A stretch of DNA of 62,134 nt, filler included, from Choristocarpus tenellus KU-1152 (lineage: Eukaryota; Protista; Phaeophyceae), in NCBI GenBank assembly GCA_964200185.2. It is 10 parts of 10 records of this genome, joined end to end, with 100 filler letters (N's around TTAATTAATTAA, not from the genome) between each part and the next. Parts side by side here need not be neighbours in the genome. Positions count along the whole stretch, not along the records: positions 51,799 to 54,690 come from CAXNAD020023875.1; positions 54,791 to 59,447 come from CAXNAD020013593.1; positions 59,548 to 62,134 come from CAXNAD020026505.1; 7 more parts are not named here. One strand, written 5' to 3'. Of the stretch, positions 53,311-62,134 are shown piece by piece. A model generated the notes under the pieces. The model saw only the letters and a list, made by a program, of their open reading frames with translations. It was not told where the DNA came from and searched no databases. Each line of letters starts with the position of its first letter. The stretch's first letter is position 1. Made by a program: the position numbers and the translations under genes.

Positions 53311-53567
53311 GGCTCAAAGTATCTGGGGGGGNNNNNNNNNNATAGGCCTTTAGAATGCTATAATATTGGCCCATTATTTCTATTTGGCTCTAGGTATCTG
53401 GGGGGGGGGGGCGGCTGTCCATTTGGGGCCAATATTTTCATGTCGCGATTTTTTTGGTATTTGGTCCCAATGGTCGGATGGATAATGAAAGTGCTCTTTT
53501 CCTGGTTTTGATCCAAATGGACACCCTGCTGTAGATCGTCCCCCCTCCCCCCCAGATACTTTGAGTC
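53311..53567. mobile_element. MITE family B, about 180 bp (53386-53567), with its left end duplicated across a 10-N scaffold gap
   Basis: GGCTCAAAGTATCT ... AGATACTTTGAGTC. TTA before 53311 and TTA after 53567. Confidence 0.85.
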
Positions 53568-53722
53568 TTAGTGTAACTAAAAAATGTTGTAAAACGTTTT
53601 TTTTCGTCATCCCTTGTTTCTTTTCAACCTACAAGGATTTTCATGTGGTGACATAAGCCAAGTCAAGAAACAGTACAACATCATGAGAACCGGAAGTCTT
53701 TTAACAAGGGGATGTTTTTTTT

Positions 53723-53894
53723 GGCTCAAACTATCTGGGGGTATGGCGGCTGTCCGTTTGGAGGTCACTTTTCCATGTCGCAATTTTTGGGTGATTTGGT
53801 TGCATACGTCAAATGGATAATGTAAGTGCACTTCTCCTGGTCAGGATCCGAATGGACACCCTGGTGTAGAGCCCCCCCCCAGATACTTTGAGTC
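53723..53894. mobile_element. MITE family B, complete (172 bp)
   Basis: GGCTCAAACTATCT ... AGATACTTTGAGTC. Flanks are TTT and TTA. Confidence 0.88.
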
Positions 53895-54599
53895 TTATTA
53901 TTATGCTCTCTAACATTTTGTAGATGTGTCAGGAGAAAAATCAATGAAAAACCATTCAAATGTGAGAACAACCCATAAAAAAGTAACAGTTGTCGTAAAT
54001 GTGAAAGACTTTTTTCTGTCATCTATTTGCTATTTTACTACCAGCTATGCTACACCGCTGCCCTCCTGTGCCTCCAGCCTAGCTTAGTCCTGTACCCCAG
54101 TAGGAGGAGCTCGGGAAGCATCCCGAGAATCTAACAAGTCCCTCCTTGCCCATCTCCCTGGGGTCTCCAGCTAAAAACGCATGACAAGTCTAGATAGAGC
54201 TCCTTGTGTTGTTGTGACCTGACACTATCTGTTGTAGACAGGATTTGATAGCCCTTTTTCTAGTGTAGCCTCCTGCTCCTCTCCCCCCTACCGGATGCGT
54301 AGCCTACTCATCCAGAAAACCTTTTGCTTGCTTACTGACCCACCCAAAAATTTCCACCACGAAGGTGTTGAGGTTATACCTACGAGGGTCAAAAGAGCCC
54401 TTGTAGTGGGTGCGCTTTCATGCCTCAGCTGCAGCATCAGCTACACCATTGCTGGTGGATGAGTGGGGTAGGTGGAATGCTGCTTGCACTTCTGCAAACG
54501 TAACATTTAGGAGGCCTTTGTCCTTCATTATCATTGCCACCAAATAGAGTATTGTCGAAGTTTTGTAAGTTATCATCATCTAAAACATTATTATTTTAA

Positions 54600-54690
54600 G
54601 GGTCAAAGTATCTGGGGCGGGGTGTCGGCGTCCGTTTTTCGCCCTTTTTTCGATTTTCACGTTTTTGGTGTGATTTGGTCGCACGTGTCG
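54600..54690. mobile_element. Related TIR element (variant C), partial
   Basis: GGGTCAAAGTATCT preceded by TAA. The internal GGCGTCCGTTTTTC...TTGGTGTGATTTGGTC.CACGTGTC is shared with 61447-61534. Confidence 0.75.
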
Positions 54691-55821
54691 NNNNNNNNNN
54701 NNNNNNNNNNNNNNNNNNNNNNNNNNNNNNNNNNTTAATTAATTAANNNNNNNNNNNNNNNNNNNNNNNNNNNNNNNNNNNNNNNNNNNNGGCAATACGT
54801 GTCTATTTTGACATTGAAGCAGTAAGTTTGGAAGGGAGGGAGAAAGGGGGGGGAGGGGGGTCCTTGATTCCATTGAAGGTGATTAAATTCTTCTTCTGTG
54901 TACTTGAGGTGTACTCTTTTTTTCCGAGCAGGTTGATTTTGACATCAACTATGCTATTTCAAGTGAAATCTACACCCTAAAGCAATAGATGGAAAACATC
55001 CCTTTTCTGACTACTTATTTTTGAATCAAGTAGTACAGTGTATGCAGAGTATATTGTGTGTGTGTGCTAAGTTGGAACTGGTAATGGAGTCTGCCACTTC
55101 CCTCAAGGTGGTCCCTGTGTGCCCTATTGATGTGAAAGATGAGTGAGGAGCATCCTTGTTATAGCGTAAATGGACAAAGTATAGACAAATCCATTTGTTC
55201 TGTCAATGCAATCCAACACATCCTTGTAGCAGCCAAGATGTAAATGGTTTTCGTTATGTTTTTTCTAGCCGTCCGTCTTACATCATCATGAGTAGATTGT
55301 AATAATTATTGATCAATAATATATACATACGAATTTGAACCTCTGAAGGAGGAGCTGGTTGTAAGACTAGATGTGCATTAGGGCAAGGGCCTTGGTATGC
55401 CTCCTTCTCGTGTGAGTAAAACCTCTCATTAGTGTTGTCATGAACATTTCTGTGTTTGCTCAACAGCTTAAACTCCTCCGTCCTTGCCTTGAGACCCCTA
55501 AATACCAGTGTGCTCAACCTATTCCGAGATTTGTAGTGTACATCTTGGGTTTGAACTGGCTGTGTGACCTGATAAAATTGGTACTACACCATCATGGCTG
55601 GTGTCTTCATATGCCTAATGCCCCTGCTTTTTCCCACCCGATTCTTGCCCTTTACCTCCATTGTCTCTAACCTTTTTTGATGCATGAGAGCAGATATATG
55701 TGGCCAGTGAAGACCACGGATTACAACAATTTGACAAGTTGAGAGACAGACGTCACTGCAGGGACTATATTCTTGGAACAGGTAGAGGTAAGATGTGATG
55801 GAATGGATTTTCAGAGTGAAT

Positions 55822-56077
55822 GAGCTAAAGTATCTTAGAGGGTAGAGCCGTGTCCATTTGGGGGTCAAAATCCGACGTTGCGATTTTGATATAATTTTGA
55901 CTGTGTTTGTTAGGAAGTGTCAATATCCATGTTCTGGACACACCTTTTCATTACGTACACATTTTACCTACTCCGAAATATTTCGGAGTAGGTAAAATGT
56001 CATGAAAAAAACGTGGGAAGTCAAGCCCCAAATGGACAAACAGGGCAAAAATCGTACCCTCTAAGATACTTTCACTC
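55822..56077. mobile_element. MITE family A, complete
   Basis: TIRs GAGCTAAAGTATCTTAGAGGGTA and TACCCTCTAAGATACTTTCACTC. Flanks AAT and ATT are an imperfect match. Contains a perfect internal palindrome at 55959-56000. Confidence 0.9.
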
Positions 56078-58999
56078 ATTGTGTCCTTCCTGTGATATGT
56101 ACTCCAGTGTGCTATGTTTTTGATGGTTCTACTGCAGTAGTATTTATCTTTAGATTTATCGTTCCAGAGCGACATTGAAGACATTATGTTGTACACTCTA
56201 GGATGTGCCCAACCCTTACCCTAGAATCTACTCCTGATATCTACCCACCTTGGAAATGTTACAGTTTTTTTCTATCATAGTGGAGATGGATATCGTAAGT
56301 GTGACTCCAGTCTGAATGTGTTGATTGCCATCTCTCTCCCTTGGTCCATGGAAGGCTGCAGCAACATGGGTGGATGTTAGCTGATACTGACCGGTTGAGG
56401 AGGGCTGGTGATTTTTTTAATATTTGCTGACTGTGACTTCACCTGTCCCTCCATGCATGGACAGGGACTGCGTGAAATGTTATGGGATATTCCGATTGTT
56501 GCCTGCTACAGGTGTGCAAACCCATTTTGTGACATGTAGGACAGAGGGTGTAGGTTGTCATCTAGGACATATACGGGTACTTAGAGATAGATTGTGACCT
56601 ACTTTGTGTGCCTCCGCAGTTGTTGATCCGAATCAATTAAGCCCTTTCTTATCCAATATCTTTCAAATAGCTCAACTCATTCCAGGCCCATCAATGCCAT
56701 ACCATGAAGTTGAAAAAAGTGTGTCTTTTGTCTTATACTTCAGGAATGAGTAGAACGGCTACACAGAGGGAACCAAGCTTGGAAGAGTGAAGGAAGATGA
56801 CCGAGCTATGGTATTGCAGGAGATAAAGTTTTCCATTTCTGTGGCATACATGCTTAACACGAAAGCCTGGTTGAATCTGAGGATGATTTCATCCATCCCC
56901 AGGGGTGGCTTGATTTCTCTTTTGAGTATTCTCTTATGGATCTTTGGGCTCTGTCCCAGCTTCTGGGATCATACCCTAATACCTATTACTATGTTGTGTG
57001 TCATGGTGGGAATAAATGGTATGGTGAAGTTGTATGCAGCAGACTACTTGCAAGCATCAACCCTTCTGATTTGTTGCATATATTATTGCGCTACTTGTAC
57101 TTTGTTGCACTGAAGGTTCCTGAGTAATGCTGAGGTGTAGTCTACCTCTGCTCCATGCTATTGTTTTTTTGTATAATGTCAATGTGATTTGTTTCAGTCG
57201 GTTCCAACTTGGGTATAACTATGGATCAGTCAGTGTCATTTCGAGATTATTGTCTGCCTTTTACATATAAATGTATGTGTGCTGATACCTCTCTCTAGAG
57301 ATCATTACATACATATATATATATGTATAGATATATATGTTCTACATATAGGTCTTATTGTGTGTTGTCGGCCTTGATGCAGAGAAAATATTTTCCATCA
57401 TATATCGATATTCCTAGTCTTTGTGGTCTTGTCCGGTATGGGCTTCTATGGTGTTGGCTGAGTGACAAGCCATTTTACTCTAAGAACATCGACTGCCGGA
57501 GATGAGGGTATTTCAGAGCTGGGGGGCCAGAATTGAACAACGGAATCATGCAAAGAGACCTTCAAGGCAAGAAGCTATGATATGGCTCATTCCCCCACCT
57601 CCCCACACACAAATTTCCCATCACTGCACCCCCACCCTCTATCCACTGTTCTGTCAGTAAGAACATTGCCTCCCTTTTCCTTCAAAGACATTGGTACGGA
57701 TATTTTCGATTTCTTCTTTTCAAACGAATTTGGCACTGCCTTGATAATTTTTTTTTTTTTAATGCTGGTTTCATTTTGTCTGGGTTAATTAGTTACTCTT
57801 TGAAGCATGTGCTATTCTTAACAGATTCTTCTCATTCTTGGTGTAGATGGTTTTCCACGTGAGGCAACCTGAGAAAGCCATATGACACTAGACCTGTCAT
57901 GTGTCACGCTGTCCCAGAGTTTGTGAAAAGTGCACCAGTTTCAAGTGTCTTTCTTGCTTGTGGGTTACTGTTGAAGTTTTTGAAAGTTTTAGTGGTGCAA
58001 TTTCCTAGGTATGAAGCACAGGATCATATAGTTTAGTCTTGCTCCATCGAAATCAAGCACAAGAATAGCGTTGGTGTATTTGTACTATACTTATGCTTGA
58101 TGACCTTCATACGTTATACATGTACAGACATGTCAAAAAGAGTTTCTCCTCCAGGTGGTACATCACATCCATGGTATGCTGGTATTGTTGCACACACAGA
58201 TTGTTACTTACAAATCTACAGCATTGCCCTTACAGGATAATACACAATATATACATGCAGTGTACATAGTATCGACTAAACTGTGCCAACCACCGTGTCA
58301 AGCGAGTATTTGGAACTGTTGACCATTGGTATATCTCAGCATGCTACAGTGGTACTAGTACTAGGTGTGGTAGAGCAACTGTTGTTGTATGCTACCCCCT
58401 CGGACCAACCTCACTCTCACATCTCAAATGTATGAACTGGCAGGTCTGCGCCAATAGAATTGTGTCCTCTCGATGATCGCAAGCTCTATCAGAGCGTCAA
58501 CTTGTACGTAACTGCCATGATCTTGTGACCAGGAATATTTCTGATTTCTACAAGTATCTGAGTGACTATGGTGCAATGGTGAGAATATTTGTTTCATGCC
58601 TGCGTGTGATTCCATAATCGAGCAACATTCTATTTGTTGCAGGGTGTGTAACGTGACGGATCTTAGCACCAATTGGTTCTGTACTCCCCATTTTCAGTTA
58701 CCTGTAACAATTTGTGTACGAATCATTCATTTTTGTTTCTCGCCTGGATTTATGTGTAACTGCAGTGTACATCCAAGTATTATTGGAAGTGGTATACACT
58801 GATGATTAATTCGTACAAGTATGTGCAGTTCTTGTTCTACACTCTGAATGGCCAATTCTCAACTCCATCCAGTTGTAAGTTTTCAACCACACATTACCAT
58901 ATGCTGGACATACCGAAATACAAACATGTCCAATATCCAGTAGTACACAGGTTTGTACAAAACACACACACATTTTTTCTACTCTATGTTCGGTTCCAT

Positions 59000-59297
59000 C
59001 AACACGGTTTGGAGGTGATGGACAGACCGTTTGAGGAGAAGTCTGCCTTCTTCAATGCCTTCAGGAGTCTTGTCCTGCTAGGTGTTGAAGGCGCAACCAT
59101 GTTCAACATGGATATGGTTTCAGTAACTGTTGTTGGCGAGAGAGTATCGGGGATGGACTCGATCCTTGCCATGAAGAAGAGCGACCATTGATGGGGAAGT
59201 CCCACTGGGCAGGCAATTGCCATGGCGGAGGGCTGTGGCATGTTGAGTGCTGATGAGGATGGGATTGCGAAGTTTGCTGTGAAGGTCGCCCAGGAGG
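59000..59297 (+). pseudogene. Exon-like coding segment of unknown family with an in-frame TGA
   Basis: HGLEVMDRPFEEKSAFFNAFRSLVLLGVEG...KKSDH*WGSPTGQAIAMAEGCGMLSADEDGIAKFAVKVAQE ends at a strong donor (GAG|GTAAGA). It is more GC-rich than its flanks. No family recognised. Confidence 0.4.
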
Positions 59298-59378
59298 TAA
59301 GAATTGTGTTTGCAAAGGATTTCCCAAGTGAAATATTTGTAATACTATATATATATATATAGCATTCCGGAATGAAAT

Positions 59379-59447
59379 GGCTCAAAGTATCTGGGAGGGG
59401 GCGGCGGCTGTCCATTTGGGGTCAATTTTTTCATGTCATGATTTTTT
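59379..59447. mobile_element. MITE family B, partial at contig end (another right end at 59548-59562)
   Basis: GGCTCAAAGTATCTGGGAGGGGGCGGCGGCTGTCCATTTGGGG. Confidence 0.8.
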
Positions 59448-60166
59448 NNNNNNNNNNNNNNNNNNNNNNNNNNNNNNNNNNNNNNNNNNNNTTAATTAAT
59501 TAANNNNNNNNNNNNNNNNNNNNNNNNNNNNNNNNNNNNNNNNNNNNCAGATACTTTGATTCTACTGACAGGCGTGAACTCTGAGTCCCTGTCTAGCCGT
59601 CCCCTCACGTCCTCTTGTGCAAGTTCCTCTGGACCTGACAAAGTGTTACAAACGGATCGGTCCCCATGGCCTTCAAAGTCATGTTTGGAGGATGTGATTG
59701 TATGCCTCCCCCCTCGTAGAGTCCTGCTTCCTGTACCTACTGCAGGTCTAGGCAATGGGTTTTCTTGTTCCTCTTCATCACCTGTTGGGTTGGGTCTTCC
59801 ACAAGGTATAGGTGTGAATACACCACCAGATACCGGTGTCTTCACCAGTGCAAAATTGCGGAAGGTGGAGAGTTCATCCATGAGGAGTTTGATACGATCC
59901 GGATCGAGGTTATCCCCGAGGGCGGTGAATGTGATTACCATGCCTCCTGGTCGGGTCTGGAGAAGGGTGACTTCTCTCTCGCGGGTGGCACTCGTTTCGG
60001 ACTTGAACTTGTCAAGGTCGTGCTCAGACCTGTCGGTTTTGTCTGGCATGATACAATGTTTGTGACTCATTTTATTGCTGTGATGGTGGAGGAGTAGGCA
60101 AAGGAAGTGGTGAAGTAGGAGTCAAAACAGGAGGAGGAGGTGTTGGAGTCAGGAGGCAAAGGATGA

Positions 60167-60427
60167 GAGTGAAAATATCTTAGAGGGTACGAGTTTTGCC
60201 GTGTTTGTCCATTTGGGGCTTGGCTTCCCATGAGTTCTTTTATGACATTTTTATACTCCAAATTGTTTCAGAGTAGGAAAAATGTATACGTTATTAAAAG
60301 GTGTGTCTGAAACAAGGATGTTGACACATATTAACAAACACAATAGAGCCAAAATTACATCAAAATCACAGCATTGGATTTTGGTCCCCAAATGGACGCG
60401 GCCCTACCCTCTAAGATACTTTGACTC
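60167..60427. mobile_element. MITE family A, complete, reverse orientation
   Basis: TIRs GAGTGAAAATATCTTAGAGGGTA and TACCCTCTAAGATACTTTGACTC. TSD TGA/TGA. Confidence 0.9.
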
Positions 60428-61009
60428 TGAGGTAGAGGTTGGTGAGAAGAAGTAAGCCAGGCAGGATACAGAGGAGGAGGCAGGGGCTGAGGAAAGGATG
60501 GATGGATTAGAGTACTTGCGGTTTGCTAAACTTGGGCGGATTATTCGAACCTGTAAATCAGGAAGAAAAATAGGGCTGGTAACATAGGGTGAAGACGATG
60601 TGTATAGGACTAGCATGTAACCGAGACATAATTTCCCTTCATTGCCAGGGTCTGTCGATCGGTACAACACAGCGAAAGTATGAATCAATCTGTTTGACGA
60701 GCAACTTCGCAACATATAAAACCGGAGAATCCTGCGACAATGTTCGTTGTGAAACTGTCAAAACGTCAGTAGGGTCTGTGAGAGTCTAGGTTGTGTGCTT
60801 GGTGTAGGGAACCCTGTTTAGATGTTAACGTATATGGTGATGTTGTACAATGATGCAATTGCTTGCCTGTGTGTTCGTCGCTGGTGTTCAGGGTAACAAT
60901 GCTGTGAACATGAGGATGGTGTAGCGCTTTCCTTGAAGGCGGCTATTTACTAATATATATACATGGGATGAATGTTGAATATGAGAACGCACCAATACCG
61001 GACGCAGAC

Positions 61010-61410
61010 GGGAAGGATTTACGCGCCGACCAAGGTAACATGTAGAGAGGGTAATCATGCACAGGTTTGTGCTTGAAATAGGGTAGATAGTAATGAATGA
61101 ATTTGATGTGTTCCGTCGAATGGTAAAGGCCATCAATTTCCAAAGCGTGGCAAGACGATTGGGGGTGTGTATGTCGATTTGAAATACGAACAACCTGAGC
61201 ACAAAAACATTACGTCGAACCACGAAAGTGAAAGATGAAGATGAAAGGAATTTACGCACTGACCCGGGTTGGATGTTGGGAGGGCAACCATGCGCAGGTT
61301 TGTGCTTGACATAAGGTAGATAGTAATGAATGAATTTGATGTGTTCTGTCGAATGGTAAAGGCCATCAAATTCCAAAGCGCGGCAAGACGGTTGGGGGGT
61401 GTGTATGTCC
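61010..61410. repeat. Diverged direct duplication, about 233-bp period
   Basis: TAGTAATGAATGAATTTGATGTGTTC.GTCGAATGGTAAAGGCCATCAA occurs at 61088 and 61321, with flanking similarity. Confidence 0.85.
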
Positions 61411-61446
61411 ATTTCCGATTATGAACCTTCTCGGAAAGGTTCCAAT

Positions 61447-62134
61447 GGGCCAAAGTATCTTAGGGGGGGTGCCGGCGTCCGTTTTTCACTCTTTTTCGAT
61501 TATCCCTTTTTGGTGTGATTTGGTCACACGTGTCTGATTTGAAATGTCAGCAAAAAGAAGAAGACTGTTGGTTAAGTTCATTTCTGTCCTTGCGTACGCA
61601 AGAACAACGGGGATATATGCCACCATTTAATAATCGGGTTTTAATTGGGGGAGGAGTTTGGACGTTTGCATGTGTCGGATTTCGAGTCTGCTCAGACAGG
61701 TTTATTGGTTTATGTGTGTGTTGGTCTTGCAGTTACGATGAAGAACAAGAGATATATATACTTGTTAGGATGTTCCAGAGCTGTTTTTTTTGTTGTTGCA
61801 TGACTGGGATTTGGTTAGCATCCAAAGAGGGTTGTCGGTTAGGGTGTATTTTCTCATTGTTTTTTTATAATAGAAAAAAGTAATATTGGCCGCTGCGGGG
61901 TTGCTCTGTTCGTTTATTTGCTTGCATCCGTTGTTTATGAAACGTACATATAGAGGATTGTCCGTTTGGGTCTGTTCTCCCGGCGTGTGTACGAGGAACC
62001 AAAACATACGGAGCCAAAGTGTCTTAGAGGGTAGAGCAATGTCGAAATGGGGATCAAACACCAAAATTGTGATTTTGGTGTAGATTTGGCTATCGTATTT
62101 GACTCAAAGTATCTGGAGGGGGGGGGGGGGGTTT
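61447..62134. mobile_element. Cluster of TIR elements: variant C end (61447), family A (62011-62100) interrupted by family B (62101 to window end)
   Basis: GGGCCAAAGTATCTTAGG at 61447, GAGCCAAAGTGTCTTAGAGGGTAGAGC at 62011 and GACTCAAAGTATCTGG at 62101. Confidence 0.75.

Noticed and set aside
54109-54128. Hairpin CTCGGGA-AGCA-TCCCGAG
   Set aside because: A 7-bp stem is expected by chance in 62 kb, and there is no tRNA, SINE or terminator context.
51799-58500. Decayed coding-like stretches on the minus strand (about 51800-53100 and 55280-57100)
   Set aside because: They have many stops and no motif I can identify, so they cannot be assigned without a translated search.
28536-59191. Genome-wide UGA reassignment suggested by two in-frame TGAs
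   Set aside because: The EF-hand gene appears to end normally at TGA 28536-28538, Trp is encoded by TGG in conserved WD40 positions, and CpG decay explains CGA>TGA.
19877-59547. Regularly recurring TTAATTAATTAA palindrome between N-runs
   Set aside because: It is an identical 100-bp artificial linker joining contigs. It is not biological, and gene or TE neighbourhoods across it are meaningless.
422-62083. Most six-frame ORFs, including those with VRVRVR, LGLGLG, NPNPNP or LTLTLT
   Set aside because: These are translations of intronic telomere tracts, microsatellites, MITEs or antisense frames. Only the exon parts listed above are supported.

Overview
This is eukaryotic, intron-rich nuclear DNA. 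The window is ten contigs joined by an artificial spacer (44 N + TTAATTAATTAA + 44 N), so adjacency across spacers is not biological. Short exons in 0.4-2.5 kb introns, TTAGGG telomere-type repeats, a DIRS-type element and the protein families fit a stramenopile alga. A basal brown alga (Discosporangiales-like) is my best guess, by inference only. Four spliced genes can be reconstructed by eye: a long coiled-coil GRIP-domain golgin (+, 606-19876), a protein with a C-terminal EF-hand pair (+, about 20740-28538), the 5' part of a probable S8 subtilase with an in-frame TGA (+, 30707-32420), and the 5' half of an AAMP/SQT1-like WD40 gene (-, 39230-36877). The rest is mainly mobile DNA: a decayed tyrosine-recombinase retrotransposon, a probable transposase fragment, and about 17 copies or fragments of two or three related MITE families with 3-bp TNA target duplications. 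The most striking unexplained signal is dozens of very short (TTAGGG)n tracts in both orientations, concentrated in introns. Two show footprints of de novo insertion: one is flanked by a 12-bp duplication, and one is written into a MITE terminal repeat whose ancestral sequence is known from sister copies. This points to frequent telomerase-templated repair inside chromosomes. All gene models are unverified by RNA data and all counts are by eye.
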